Below, piece after piece: positions 37,466-48,851 of a stretch of 64,000 bases of DNA; the first letter of the stretch is position 1, and each line of letters opens with the position of its first letter. The notes beneath the pieces are model-generated. The model had not been told where the DNA came from, searched no databases, and worked only from the letters and a program-made list of their open reading frames with translations. The position numbers and the translations under genes were made by a program. The stretch covers positions 4,224,001 to 4,288,000 of the forward strand of contig OY769902.1 of NCBI GenBank assembly GCA_963669175.1, read 5' to 3'. This DNA comes from a bacterium (GTDB taxonomy: Bacteria; Electryoneota; Electryoneia; Electryoneales; Electryoneaceae).

Positions 37466-39772
37466 TCAGCGGACCAGAACGATTCGTTGCTGGTGATCCC
37501 ATCCCGTACTGCTGCTGCATCGAAGGAAATAGACGCCGGATGGAGCCACAGAATGCCAATTAGTTGTCTGCCACCCGGGGGTGACCTCGTCATTCATGAT
37601 AACAGCTACCGTTTGCCCGAGCAGGTTTATTACTTCCACTTTCAAGACACCATACTCTGGTATGGCAATTACAGCTTTCAGTGAAGCATTGAAAGGATTC
37701 GGATATAGCGAAGCAAGTCCCCATTGCCTGGGAATGCCCGTTTGACTCATTTCATTGACAGCCAGAACCTGGAAACTCCAGCTTTCACTCGAGAAGATGC
37801 TGTGCTCAAACAAATCACGGGCAAGTACACGCCAGTAATATGTTTCCCCTTCCTCCCAGTTCATCCCCGAAACAGCGTAAAATGTATCGGCGCCGGCATC
37901 AAAACATTCCCTGTTTCGGTAGTAGTTGTTGTCCGCGATTTGTAATTCGTATTGGACACAATCACCCGTGGTGAAATCATAAGAAGTGTGCCATCGGAAA
38001 ACCTGCTCCTGCGGGTTTACCCAATCCCCATCCTGGGGAGATTGCAGAGAGAATTCCCGCGGTTCCAGTCCTGTATCTGTAATATGAACCAAATTATTCA
38101 TTGTTGTCCTTGCCTGCCAGGTTCTATCATAGGCGGTAACTCGCCAGTAATAGGACTGTTCCGGTTCCAGGTCCTGAACAACAAAAGAAGTATTATCGAT
38201 AAAGAAATACTCCCTGGGATTCAAAAACTGCCAATCATCGGAAATCTCCAGCTTATAGTCAACATGATCAACAGGATCCGGATCAAACGCCTCGTTCCAA
38301 CTGAACCTCACAGGCAATGTATCATTGCTTGCACCAAATGCAGGGTACACCAGTTCAAATGCTTCAGGTACAGTAAAACTAGTCATGTGTGCAGGTGAAA
38401 AGGGCAATACATTGATACCAGCATTTACTGTATCGCCTTGTCCACCGGGATTCAGCGTAGCCTGAAAAGGGCCGCTTTCATGTCCCCAGTAATTACCCAT
38501 AGCATTAATATATGCGCTGTCATTATCATCGTAGTTCACAATCCCAACAGCCATTTCACCATTGAGGATAAAATCATTATCAAGAATCAGCAAAGTATCA
38601 TTGGGATAACCGGCAACAACCGCTCCAGCGTATTCTTCATACTCGGGATTATACGGGATATTGTTCGAAAACAGGCAATTTCTGACCAGTACCTTGCTGT
38701 AGTTCATATTGGCTTGCCCCAGGTACAAAGCGGACGTGCTCAGGGCGGAATTGCTCTGGACCAGGTTCCCATGAAAATCTGCATCTGTGAACAAAGAAAT
38801 CGCCCCAACATGTCTGGTACAACTATTGGATTTGAATACGTTGCTGAAAATATCTGCCGGGGTATCACCGTTGGTAATCATCAGGGCGCCATAGCCGGTA
38901 TTGAACCCTCCTGCATAGTTTTCGGAAAAACTATTTCCGGTCATTTCAAGAGTGCTGAATCCCCGTAGATAGGCTGCTGTTGCCCTGACCATCGCGGAGT
39001 TTTCAAAAAACAGGTTTCGAGTAATAACAACCGGGTTATGATCGGATTCACAATCAATCGCTCCTGCCCAATAGTCGGCCACATTGTTACGAAACAAATT
39101 GCATTCCAAGGTCAGTATAACATCTTCAAGCTTGAGCGCGCCGCCGTAATAAGAAGAATTGCTGTCAAAAATGCAGTGGTGCAGCCAGAGTGTGCTGTTG
39201 TCTACCCCCAATGCGCCTCCTGATACAAGCGCGGTGTTGTTCATAAACCTGGAACAGGATATCTCTGACCACGCGTTCGATACAAAAACGCTTTTCCGTT
39301 GGGTACACTCAAAGTCTCTTACAATACAATGGTCCATTTTGAATGCACTGTTATTACCATTTATTGTCATGACACGATAGGAATCCTGATCATTCCCGGT
39401 GAATGACAGACCACAGATTCGCAGGCTGTCATTCTCGTCAAGATCTGCCTGCAACACCTGACTGTTTCCTTCATTTGAGATTCGGGTACCAACGATATCT
39501 GCTGTATCTGAGGTGAGTATATACATGCTGGCCAATACGATTGATGTGCAGGAAATCGTATCAGACAGAGTATAGTCTCCGGGTGAAACCAGGACAGTAT
39601 CGCTGTTGGAAACTGCATCCAGCGCTTGCGAAATTTCTTCATACTCGCACGGAACATGCAGGATTGCGGCCTGTCCGAAATTCATCCCCAGGAGAAATAG
39701 TGTTGTCAGTAAAACCAAGTTCTTCAAGCTCAGATCCTTCCGGTAATAGCCAGGCGTAGAGTAAGATTTCAT
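37466..39772 (-). CDS. Secreted beta-helix/FN3/T9SS-CTD protein (paralog 2)
   Basis: Same architecture; GNYWGH.SGP, NDTLPVRFSW, YPNPFN. Confidence 0.85.
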   Translation of the reverse strand: MKSYSTPGYYRKDLSLKNLVLLTTLFLLGMNFGQAAILHVPCEYEEISQALDAVSNSDTVLVSPGDYTLSDTISCTSIVLASMYILTSDTADIVGTRISNEGNSQVLQADLDENDSLRICGLSFTGNDQDSYRVMTINGNNSAFKMDHCIVRDFECTQRKSVFVSNAWSEISCSRFMNNTALVSGGALGVDNSTLWLHHCIFDSNSSYYGGALKLEDVILTLECNLFRNNVADYWAGAIDCESDHNPVVITRNLFFENSAMVRATAAYLRGFSTLEMTGNSFSENYAGGFNTGYGALMITNGDTPADIFSNVFKSNSCTRHVGAISLFTDADFHGNLVQSNSALSTSALYLGQANMNYSKVLVRNCLFSNNIPYNPEYEEYAGAVVAGYPNDTLLILDNDFILNGEMAVGIVNYDDNDSAYINAMGNYWGHESGPFQATLNPGGQGDTVNAGINVLPFSPAHMTSFTVPEAFELVYPAFGASNDTLPVRFSWNEAFDPDPVDHVDYKLEISDDWQFLNPREYFFIDNTSFVVQDLEPEQSYYWRVTAYDRTWQARTTMNNLVHITDTGLEPREFSLQSPQDGDWVNPQEQVFRWHTSYDFTTGDCVQYELQIADNNYYRNRECFDAGADTFYAVSGMNWEEGETYYWRVLARDLFEHSIFSSESWSFQVLAVNEMSQTGIPRQWGLASLYPNPFNASLKAVIAIPEYGVLKVEVINLLGQTVAVIMNDEVTPGWQTTNWHSVAPSGVYFLRCSSSTGWDHQQRIVLVR

Positions 39773-39800
39773 AAAGACTCCCAAAGAACGTCAGGGCGAT

Positions 39801-42068
39801 CTATTTCAAGAATACAATTTTCCGGTTCTCTTTCCAGCCAGCACAGTTGCTGACTTGCAGGAAGTAGCACCCCGCCGGTTTATCCGCTGCATTCCAGACA
39901 AAACGATGAAATCCGGGCGCTGTTTTTCCTGAATATATCGTATCGATATGTCTGCCGAGCACATCATAAACAATAACACTGAGCATCCCGGTTTCGGGAA
40001 CGCTTACGGTAATACCGGTTTCTGAATTGAACGGGTTGGGATAGCAGGTCAGCAGATTCCACTTCGTTGGTATTTTTTCCTTTTCTTCCTCAACCCGGGT
40101 TGCCAGGTGTACCATCCAGGTTTCCGTAGAAACGGTCTGATGTCCGGCCTGGTCAATGGCTATCACTCGCCAGTAGTACTGCGGGGAATCACGCCAGGTC
40201 TCCCAGGGGACGAGAAGTGTTGTGTCCACCCCGGCAGGCAGTCGTGTCGATGAAGTGAACTGCTGAGTCGTATCATATTCCAGGCTATATCGGACCACAT
40301 CTCTGGTAGTAAAATCATACGCTGTGCTCCATTGGAAAGTCAAATCTTCGTAGTTCACAGGGTAGTTGTCCTGGGGGAATATCAAGCTGAAAGGCCTCGG
40401 CGCCAACTCCACGTCGGTAAGATATACACTTCGTATTTCGCTTTCCTGGCTTTGCCAGACGTTATCAAATGCCGTGACACGCCAGTAATAGGACCGTCCC
40501 AGCAATATGTCACGGACAATACGTGAAGTCCCTTCGATAAAATAGTATTGCTTCGGGTTGGTGAACTGTAAGTCCTCAGAGATTTCAAGCAGGTAATCAA
40601 CCTGATCCGCCGGATCTATATCGAAAGCGGTCTCCCATGCGAAACGAACAGGAAGCGTATCATTCATACCATCATCAGGCGGATATAGTAGCGCGAATGG
40701 ATCAGGTTCGTTAAAACTGGTCAGTGGGATCTGGGAAAAAGGCAGGACATTAATAGTCGAAGCAACGCTGTCCCCCAGCCCGTTATGATTTTGCATGGGT
40801 TGGTGCGGTCCTGTCATATGTCCCCAATAATTACCAGGCGCATTGACATATGCCGTATCCAGATCATTTTCAATCTTATCTGCGACATAACCGTTGTTGT
40901 TCACAATATCATTGTTGAACAGAAGCAATGTATCAAGCTCATCACGGGCAACAATAGCTCCCGTGTAATAATCATCATCAAGATCATAGGGGCCATTTCC
41001 GATGAACCTGTTGTTCCAGGCCTCTACTTTTGTACTGTAGTCGTTGACATGATATACCAACATGGCGGGAAAATTCTTCGCCCTGTTACCTGCAACCAGG
41101 TTATCATGAAAATCAGTATCCGCCTGCAAACAAACGGCTGCACCTGAATTCTCGTTATGATTATCTAGAAATCCATTTCGGGCGACTTCGAACTGGTCAC
41201 TTTCAGAGCTTAACGCTAAGGCTCCTCCATATGCGGAACCACCTACACCTTCATTTTGAGCAAAAAGACAATCATCTATGACAAGTGTATCAAGACTTGA
41301 GATAAAAACAGCAAATCCCTTTACTTCACTTCTGTTTGAAATGAACCGGTTTCGATGCAGGTAGGCCTCTCCCTCAGCACACTGTAGCCAGAGTGCCCCA
41401 CCGTACCAACTGGCGTAGTTGTTTTCGAATATGGAGCTTTCAAGAGAAAGATACAGACAGTGACATCTTAATGCTCCCCCGGATTCTGATGCATTTGCGC
41501 CGAAATAGCAATGGTCAATCCATGTAAAACCTTGTGAGATTGCCACTGTACTGATTCCAGTGGAATCACCATTAGCCACAAATGCGCAACAGGTCAAATG
41601 CACATCAGGACCATACAAGCTGACCTTAGAGTGACTCCCGCTGGTAAAATTGCAGACATAACAATGATCCATATATACAAATCCACCGGCTGATTCAACT
41701 TCAATGGCACGGTAATTCTGGAATTCACTGCTTTCGAATAAAAGACCGATAAGCGATAACGTATCCTCATTGGTCAATTCAGCACGTAATACACGCATAC
41801 CCGAAATGCTGGACAGGCGGGTCGCATGGATCGTTGCGGAATCCAGTGATGTGATGTACTGACTGGCAAGAGTTATGGACATATTCGAAACAGATATGTT
41901 TTCTTCGTAATTGCCAGGTGCAATTAAAACTGTATCTCCAGACGCACAGGCATCAATAGCCATCTGAATGGTAGGCAGGTAGGCAGGCACATTCAGGATT
42001 GCGGCCTGAATCACCACAGGGAATATCGTGGCCCAGAGAATAATGAGCAGAACGGTTTTTTTTGACAT
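39801..42068 (-). CDS. Secreted beta-helix/FN3/T9SS-CTD protein (paralog 1)
   Basis: Same architecture; GNYWGH.TGP, NDTLPVRFAW, YPNPFN. Confidence 0.85.
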   Translation of the reverse strand: MSKKTVLLIILWATIFPVVIQAAILNVPAYLPTIQMAIDACASGDTVLIAPGNYEENISVSNMSITLASQYITSLDSATIHATRLSSISGMRVLRAELTNEDTLSLIGLLFESSEFQNYRAIEVESAGGFVYMDHCYVCNFTSGSHSKVSLYGPDVHLTCCAFVANGDSTGISTVAISQGFTWIDHCYFGANASESGGALRCHCLYLSLESSIFENNYASWYGGALWLQCAEGEAYLHRNRFISNRSEVKGFAVFISSLDTLVIDDCLFAQNEGVGGSAYGGALALSSESDQFEVARNGFLDNHNENSGAAVCLQADTDFHDNLVAGNRAKNFPAMLVYHVNDYSTKVEAWNNRFIGNGPYDLDDDYYTGAIVARDELDTLLLFNNDIVNNNGYVADKIENDLDTAYVNAPGNYWGHMTGPHQPMQNHNGLGDSVASTINVLPFSQIPLTSFNEPDPFALLYPPDDGMNDTLPVRFAWETAFDIDPADQVDYLLEISEDLQFTNPKQYYFIEGTSRIVRDILLGRSYYWRVTAFDNVWQSQESEIRSVYLTDVELAPRPFSLIFPQDNYPVNYEDLTFQWSTAYDFTTRDVVRYSLEYDTTQQFTSSTRLPAGVDTTLLVPWETWRDSPQYYWRVIAIDQAGHQTVSTETWMVHLATRVEEEKEKIPTKWNLLTCYPNPFNSETGITVSVPETGMLSVIVYDVLGRHIDTIYSGKTAPGFHRFVWNAADKPAGCYFLQVSNCAGWKENRKIVFLK

Positions 42069-42325
42069 GGCGCCCTCTATAGCAGCACATCATTATATAC
42101 TGATCTGTTGTAAACTAGACATCGTTGGATAAGGAAACAAGCTGCGATGAGAACTGGGATGAAAAACATTAGTGGACCGATTTACTGGAGCAGCATCGAC
42201 TATTTGACCTGTAAAGTGGGAAAGCAGTCGAGAAATGAAACCATGGTGCCTTTTCATGTTTACTAATAATCGAGAATAACCAACTGTTTGCCAAGCGAAT
42301 AATGGGACTGCTACTTTTTCATTTT

Positions 42326-42656
42326 GGCTGCTCACAAGTATTTGTGCATATTATTGACGAGCACGTTTCGTCAGGTCTTGACGTGATGCCTTTTCTTGTT
42401 CTTCTCCGCAATTTCAGACACTTATACGTCTGACACCTGCTATTCCGCACGATTTGTCGTCATCTGTCATCACGTTGTGACCTGACGACAGCGAGAATGC
42501 TGATACCGGTGGCAGGTCACAACGCGACAATAACAGGACGAGAGGTGGTTTCAGTATCATCGTGTATTCAGGAAAACATAGTGAAAGCCGAAAACAGAAA
42601 GTCGCGTCAAGACCTGCCACAACATTGCCCGGATGCACAAATTCTTGCGAGGAACC
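42326..42656. mobile_element. MITE (IS1595-like ends), copy 2
   Basis: Diverged direct copy of 34767-35098; own 8-bp TSD TTCATTTT (42318-42325, 42657-42664). Confidence 0.85.
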
Positions 42657-42666
42657 TTCATTTTTA

Positions 42667-42714
42667 CTGAGCCTCCCCCGTTTTCGTGGACACCACGAAA
42701 ACGGGGAGGCTCAG
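42667..42714. repeat. Long near-perfect palindrome (REP-like hairpin)
   Basis: ctgagcctcccccgttttcgtgg-aca-ccacgaaaacggggaggctcag. Confidence 0.8.
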
Positions 42715-42921
42715 CCAGCTAACACAAGCAAATAAAGTGTTGCTCAAATAAATGTCCCATCTTGTCATCCCCGGCTTGAACCGTAGCGAAGCGAAGCTTG
42801 CGGTGTGCGAAGCCCAGCCGTGAAACAGGGGCAAAACATATTGATGCGTCACTTCTTCAAGAAGCATATAAAAAAAGGGACACGATTTCTCGCATCCCCA
42901 TGAAAGAACTTCAGTTTGGAT

Positions 42922-43857
42922 CTAGAGGAACTTCTTCACGTCTTCAATCAATCCCTTGACTGCATTTACGGAATTGTCAAACAAGCCCTGTTCTTCATCA
43001 TTGAACGGGTATTCGACAATCTTTTCCACACCGTTGGTGCCGATAATAATCGGGACGCCCATGTAAATGCCTTCGTGTCCGTATTCGCCTTGCAGCCAGC
43101 AGCAGCACGGCAGTACACGGTGGCTGTTCTTGACAATGGCTTCCACCATTTCAACAGCGCCGATTGCCGGAGCCATGTAAGCGGAACCGAATTTCAGCAG
43201 CTTGACGATTTCACCGCCGCCACCGGCAGCACGCTTCACCATGGCGTCGATCTTGTCCTTTGCCACCCAGTGTTCCAGGGGCAAACCGGCGATGGTGGTA
43301 AAACGCGGCAGTGGAACCATGGTGTCCCCATGACCGCCGAGTACCATTGCCTGGATGTCACGCACGCTGACGCCGGTTTCCATGGCGATAAAGGCACGGA
43401 AGCGGGCGGTGTCGAGGATGCCGGCCATACCGAAAACACGTTCCGGCGGAAATCCGGTAACCTTGAGCGCCACATACGCCATGGCGTCGAGGGGATTGGC
43501 CACCATGATCACGATGGCATTCGGGCTCAGCTCTTTCACCTTTTCCATGCAGGGGCGAACAATTGCAACATTCGCTTCCAGCAAGTCATCACGGCTCATG
43601 CCGGGCTTACGTGGACGGCCCGCAGTATGGATCACGATGTCGCTGTCGGCAGTGTCTGCCCAGTCATTGGTACCGGTGACCTTGGTGTCCTTCCCCCAGA
43701 CAGGAGCCGCTTGCCGCTGGTCGAGGCCTTTGCCTGCCGGCATATCCTCCACCACATCGATCAGTACCACTTCCTGCGCCAGTTCTTCGAGCATCAGGGC
43801 CTGTGAAACATGCTCCCCAACATACCCTGCGCCGACTACGGTGATCTTTTTGACCAT
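42922..43857 (-). CDS. mdh: Malate dehydrogenase (LDH-like type)
   Basis: KITVVGAG.VG, TAGRPRKPGMSRDDLL, ANPLDAM, GILDTARF, VLGGHGDTMVP, GGGEIV.LL. Confidence 0.96.
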   Translation of the reverse strand: MVKKITVVGAGYVGEHVSQALMLEELAQEVVLIDVVEDMPAGKGLDQRQAAPVWGKDTKVTGTNDWADTADSDIVIHTAGRPRKPGMSRDDLLEANVAIVRPCMEKVKELSPNAIVIMVANPLDAMAYVALKVTGFPPERVFGMAGILDTARFRAFIAMETGVSVRDIQAMVLGGHGDTMVPLPRFTTIAGLPLEHWVAKDKIDAMVKRAAGGGGEIVKLLKFGSAYMAPAIGAVEMVEAIVKNSHRVLPCCCWLQGEYGHEGIYMGVPIIIGTNGVEKIVEYPFNDEEQGLFDNSVNAVKGLIEDVKKFL

Positions 43858-44198
43858 AGTGTCTCTCCTCAACGTTTTGGCGTCTATTGCCCACCAGCGG
43901 CCACCCTCCTCCACCGGTAAGGCATGTCAATGAACCATCGAAAGGGTCAAGTAAAGCGTTTAACCAGTGTTGATGGTAACACACGCGCATGTGTATCTGC
44001 CGCATGAAAAGAGCCCGGTCAACCTCACCAGGCTTGCTCCTCCCTTTGCGGCACTTTTACAGTAGGCTTGCCATAGAACAATCGAATTGAAAAAAAAAAA
44101 TAGATGTTGCGTTGAAAACCGTGAGACAATCAAATCAAAGTTGAGCTGCACTTTTGCGATTGCCGCCGACACGGCAAAGCAAAAAAAACCGCCAAGCT

Positions 44199-44456
44199 TT
44201 ACTCGGCGGGATTTACATGGATCGTACGGTCACGCTTGCCGGCAGTAGAAAACTCTACGATACCGTCTATTTTCGCAAACAGGGTATCGTCGCTTCCCTT
44301 TCCGACATTTCGTCCGGGGTGAAACTTGGTTCCATGCTGCCGAACGATAATGCTGCCCGCGCTGACCATCTCACCGCCATACCGTTTGACTCCAAGAAAC
44401 TGCGGATTGGAATCGCGGCCGTTACGGGAGCTGCCCATTCCCTTCTTGTGTGACAT
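44199..44456 (-). CDS. rpmA: 50S ribosomal protein L27
   Basis: [16 protein letters not shown]...LGVKRYGG...IIVRQHGT. Confidence 0.98.
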   Translation of the reverse strand: MSHKKGMGSSRNGRDSNPQFLGVKRYGGEMVSAGSIIVRQHGTKFHPGRNVGKGSDDTLFAKIDGIVEFSTAGKRDRTIHVNPAE

Positions 44457-44534
44457 GATGAACTCCTTCAGAAAGAAAACCCGGACATTACGCCGTATCA
44501 CACTCGACGCTCAGGTCCGAGATCGTGCACTTCG

Positions 44535-44852
44535 CTACACGTTCAAGCTGGAGACTTCCAACCGTGTCAGGTACTGACGTGCGCTGCCGCGCTTCCGGAA
44601 GCCCTTGCGGCGCTTCTTCTTGAGTACCATGACCTTACGGGTTCTGCGGTGCTCCAGCACCTTTGCCTCAGCCTTTGCGCCTTCCACGTAAGGTGCGCCG
44701 ACCTTTACTGCATCACCGTTGCTAACCAGCAGCAATTTTTCAAGCGTGACGGTTGCACCTTCCTCGTCTTCGAGCCGCGGTACGTCAACAAACTTACCTT
44801 CTTCCAGCTTGAACTGCCGTCCGGCGATTTCTGCTATCGCGTATTTGGACAT
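44535..44852 (-). CDS. rplU: 50S ribosomal protein L21
   Basis: [12 protein letters not shown]...VGAPYVEGA...KKKRRKG; adjacent to rpmA. Confidence 0.96.
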   Translation of the reverse strand: MSKYAIAEIAGRQFKLEEGKFVDVPRLEDEEGATVTLEKLLLVSNGDAVKVGAPYVEGAKAEAKVLEHRRTRKVMVLKKKRRKGFRKRGSARQYLTRLEVSSLNV

Positions 44853-45316
44853 CCTACACTCCGTTTTTTTAAGCAAATTTAAATATACCGCAGATATCCG
44901 TCCCGGTCAACAACCAAAGACGCATACTCCACGAGATGGGGACTGCCCTTCAGGCGGGTTCCCGGCCTATGCCGTTTCACCACTATAACAAATAATATCA
45001 GCCTGTTATCAACAAATCTTCCGCAATTCAAAGCGAAAAACAGATTATACCCTCTGGGGCCTGTAAATATGCAGCTATTTTCACCCTGCGTCAAGCCTTC
45101 CCTGTCTCGTTATCTCTTTCAATTTTTGCAATTTATTTTGAACCTGACAAGGTGTACATTGATATACCATTCTAAATGGATATCTACAGAAATTCAGCGG
45201 AGCTGCTTGTGGGTGGGAAAACCTCAAAAAGTGACCAACTTCGAGCACAGCCTACCAAACTTGAGCAGGGAAATCTGCAATACAGGGACACTATTCAATC
45301 ATCAGGGAAAAAAAGA

Positions 45317-48300
45317 ATGGACAATTTAATCCTGAAAGAAACTATTCATAATGAACTGCTGAAGAAAGCTGTTGATGGCATATCAGTTTCTGATCCGGAT
45401 GGTAAAATCATCATCTGGAATGCAGCCATGGAGGAAATCTCCGGAATACCTGCAATGGATGCCCTGGGACAGAATATCTGGGATATCCAGGTCAGATTCG
45501 CTCCTCCCGGCTCAGATACCACCCAATTGAAAAAGTATATTGAAGCGTTATTTGTCGAAGACCGATTGTCCAACTCCCCCCCAATATTTGATAAACCTCG
45601 TGCAGTACTCATTTACATGCCGGATGGTTCTACGAGAAAAGTGGAACAACAACCCTTTGTAATCCAACTTGAGAATGGTGCAGGGCTGGCGAGTATTCTT
45701 CGAGATGTTACCGACAGGCAAGAAGCACAAGACTCCTTGCGTGCTTTTGAGACGGAATATCAGGACCTCTTTAATCTTGCCCCGGATGCCGTGTTCGTAA
45801 TAAGAAATTCCGATGGCAGAATTCTGGAAGCCAATTTTGCTGCCGAAGCTCAATACGGCTATTCACGCGAAGAATTGCTGAAGTTAAAGAATACCGATCT
45901 ATCAGCAGAGCCCAAACAAACCCGCCAGGCTACAGAAGACAGAAAGACCGAGAAAGTTACTATTCCCATTCGCTGGCACAAGAAGAAGGATGGAACGATC
46001 TATCCTGTAGAAATCACCGCAAGTTTCAGTATATGGCGCGGAGAAGATGTACACCTCGCGATATGCCGCGATGTAACAGAAAGGATAAAATCAGAGAAAG
46101 AATTTGAAAAAAACCGCGCTCAACTGGAGATGACCATAGAAGCAGTGGATCTCGGAACCTGGTCTTTAAATATTACTAATTCTAAACTTGAGTTAGATGA
46201 AAGAACATGTCGTATTTTTGGGATTGATACGAAGCCAGGTTCAGTCAAAGAGGCCATCAACGCTGGAATGATAACACCTGAAGATATGAATCGCGCGCTA
46301 TCAACCTGGGATCATTACTTGCAAGGCCTTAATGCCTTTTTCGAACTTGAGACCAGTACACTTGATCAGTTTGGAAACGAAAGGTGGATGCTTGCCAGGG
46401 GGCGTGTTACTGAGTGGGACAATAATGGCGTTCCATTGTATGCTTCTGGTACAGTAATGAACATAACGCAGCTTAGACGTGCTGAGTCTGATGCCGCTGA
46501 CTATTCCAGGATTCTTGAATCAATTCTGGAGAATCTTCCGATAATCATTGTAAAAATTGGATTTGATCAGACAATACAGACAGTGCTTGGCAAAGGACTG
46601 GAGCTTTCTTCTTATCCGAATAGCGAACTTGTTGGCAGAAGTATCACAAAATTGCTTCCTGATATTACTCCACATTTGGAGAAAGCCTTTTCCGGTCAAC
46701 CAGATCAATTCGAAAGCTCGGGTTCACACAAAGGAAAAAAGTGGTATTTCCAGAATTATATCATGCCCGATAACAATGGCGCGATCTGTGTGCTAATTGA
46801 TATAACTCAACAAAAGCTCTATGAAGAAAAACTGCATAACAGCCGTTCACAATTGCTGCTTGCACAGAAAATCGGGAAAGCCGGAAGCTGGGTCTTTGAC
46901 CTGTCCGAGAAACAGTTTGAAGGTAGCGAAGAAGCCAAGCGAATTTATGGATTGAATCCAGAAATCCCAAGTTACTCAATGAAGACAATCATCAGTCAGA
47001 CCCATCCTGAAGATCGCAAGCTTGTGATGACTGCAATCCGAGGCCTTTTGAAGAACTCGGATGAATACAACATCTCCTATAGAATTCATCAACCCACAAC
47101 GGATAAATGGATTCATGTTCAATCAATTGGTATTTTCGATGCAGCAAGACATCGTGTAATCGGGACAATCAGGGACATTACGGAAGAGACTCGTACTCTG
47201 GAAGCGCTTCGTGAAAGTGAAGCCAAGTACAGGACAATTATCAATACTGCACCCGATGGCGTACAGCTCACCGATAAAAATCTGAACATTCTTGCTGTTT
47301 CTCCTCGATTCCTGACGCTGCTGGGGTATAAAAGCGAAGAGGAATTACTGGGAAAATCTGTAATGGACATGATCAGCAAAGAAGAGGCTGACGCAATTAA
47401 GAATGGAATTGACAGTCTTATGTCCGGTAGTACTCGAAGACATATTCCCCATAAGCTTTTACGTAAAGATGGAAGCTCATTCTATTGTGAAATAAGCAGC
47501 GCCCCAATCTTTGATGATGTTGGTGAAATTATTGGCTTTGTCTCAACATTCAGAGATGTCACTGAACGGTTGAAGGTGGAAGAAGAACAACGAAAATTCC
47601 AGGAACAACTACAACAAACGCAAAAGCTGGAGAGTCTTGGTGTCCTGGCTGGTGGAATTGCGCATGATTTCAACAACCTTCTGGTTGGTATTCTCGGAAA
47701 CGCAGAATTGGCCCAAATGGAGCTTTCTCCGGAATCATCAGTACTCGAGTTTCTTCACGCTATCACTACTGCCGCCACTCGCGCTGCTGATCTGAGCAAA
47801 CAGATGCTGGCCTATTCAGGAAAGGGAAAATTTGTAATTGATACGGTCAACCTGAATGCTATTGTTGATGAAATGACCCATATGCTCGAGATTTCGATCT
47901 CAAAAAGTGTCGTACTCAACTACACTCCATTTCAGGCATTACCAAGTATTGAGGCCGATGCGACTCAGCTTCGACAGGTTATCATGAACCTGGTGATTAA
48001 CGCGTCCGAGGCAATGGAAAACAACAGTGGTGTTATCAGTATCAGAACCGGCGTCATGCGTTGTGACAGAGAGTATCTCAAAGACACGTTGATGAAAGAT
48101 CCCGATCCTGAGAAGGATTATATCTTCCTGGAGGTTTCAGATACCGGGAAGGGAATGTCACGGGGCATTCGTGACAAACTCTTCGACCCTTTCTTCACCA
48201 CCAAGTTCACCGGTCGCGGCCTGGGTCTGGCAGCCGTATTGGGAATTATTCGCAGCCACGATGGCGGGATCAAAGTGACCAGCAAACCGGGAAAAGGCAC

Positions 48301-48754
48301 CACGTTCAGAATTCTGCTTCCGGTCAATACCAACAATACGGATCAACCCGGTGATTCGCGAGAAGTTATTCTACGCAAGAGGCTTTCAGGTACGGTGCTA
48401 CTGGCCGATGATGAACAATATGTTCTCGCCGTTGGTCGTAAAATGCTGGAAAAACTAGGTTTTGTCGTCATCACAGCAAAGGATGGACAAGAAGCTGTTG
48501 ATATTTACAAAGAGGATCCGAACAAATTCGCCCTGGTCATTCTCGATCTGACCATGCCGCATATGGACGGCGAAATGGCTTATGCTGAGATGCAGAAAAC
48601 TGATCCCGATGTATGCGTCCTGTTATCCAGTGGCTACAGTGGACAGGAGATTGAGACCAGGTTTGCGGATACAGGGATCAAGGGATTTGTTCAGAAGCCA
48701 TATAAAATCAATGCGTTGTACCAGGAGGTTATCAAAGCACTAGGGGATGAATAG
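45317..48754 (+). CDS. Multi-PAS hybrid sensor histidine kinase with receiver domain
   Basis: Several PAS/PAC repeats; LAGGIAHDFNN, NLVINA, DTG.G, FFTTK..GRGLGL; REC domain (LADDE, LDLTMP, KPY). Confidence 0.95.
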   Translation: MDNLILKETIHNELLKKAVDGISVSDPDGKIIIWNAAMEEISGIPAMDALGQNIWDIQVRFAPPGSDTTQLKKYIEALFVEDRLSNSPPIFDKPRAVLIYMPDGSTRKVEQQPFVIQLENGAGLASILRDVTDRQEAQDSLRAFETEYQDLFNLAPDAVFVIRNSDGRILEANFAAEAQYGYSREELLKLKNTDLSAEPKQTRQATEDRKTEKVTIPIRWHKKKDGTIYPVEITASFSIWRGEDVHLAICRDVTERIKSEKEFEKNRAQLEMTIEAVDLGTWSLNITNSKLELDERTCRIFGIDTKPGSVKEAINAGMITPEDMNRALSTWDHYLQGLNAFFELETSTLDQFGNERWMLARGRVTEWDNNGVPLYASGTVMNITQLRRAESDAADYSRILESILENLPIIIVKIGFDQTIQTVLGKGLELSSYPNSELVGRSITKLLPDITPHLEKAFSGQPDQFESSGSHKGKKWYFQNYIMPDNNGAICVLIDITQQKLYEEKLHNSRSQLLLAQKIGKAGSWVFDLSEKQFEGSEEAKRIYGLNPEIPSYSMKTIISQTHPEDRKLVMTAIRGLLKNSDEYNISYRIHQPTTDKWIHVQSIGIFDAARHRVIGTIRDITEETRTLEALRESEAKYRTIINTAPDGVQLTDKNLNILAVSPRFLTLLGYKSEEELLGKSVMDMISKEEADAIKNGIDSLMSGSTRRHIPHKLLRKDGSSFYCEISSAPIFDDVGEIIGFVSTFRDVTERLKVEEEQRKFQEQLQQTQKLESLGVLAGGIAHDFNNLLVGILGNAELAQMELSPESSVLEFLHAITTAATRAADLSKQMLAYSGKGKFVIDTVNLNAIVDEMTHMLEISISKSVVLNYTPFQALPSIEADATQLRQVIMNLVINASEAMENNSGVISIRTGVMRCDREYLKDTLMKDPDPEKDYIFLEVSDTGKGMSRGIRDKLFDPFFTTKFTGRGLGLAAVLGIIRSHDGGIKVTSKPGKGTTFRILLPVNTNNTDQPGDSREVILRKRLSGTVLLADDEQYVLAVGRKMLEKLGFVVITAKDGQEAVDIYKEDPNKFALVILDLTMPHMDGEMAYAEMQKTDPDVCVLLSSGYSGQEIETRFADTGIKGFVQKPYKINALYQEVIKALGDE

Positions 48755-48851
48755 CACACACTTGCTCTTCAAGGAAATAAGCATCGTCCCGATGCGATGT
48801 TTATTCCCGTCTGAATCTTACCTACCTTTAGCGGGTTAAATACAGGTCATC

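Noticed and set aside
44880-45000. Riboswitch or L21 leader RNA upstream of rplU
   Set aside because: Some pairing potential, but no family motif recognised; it would need an Rfam/Infernal search.
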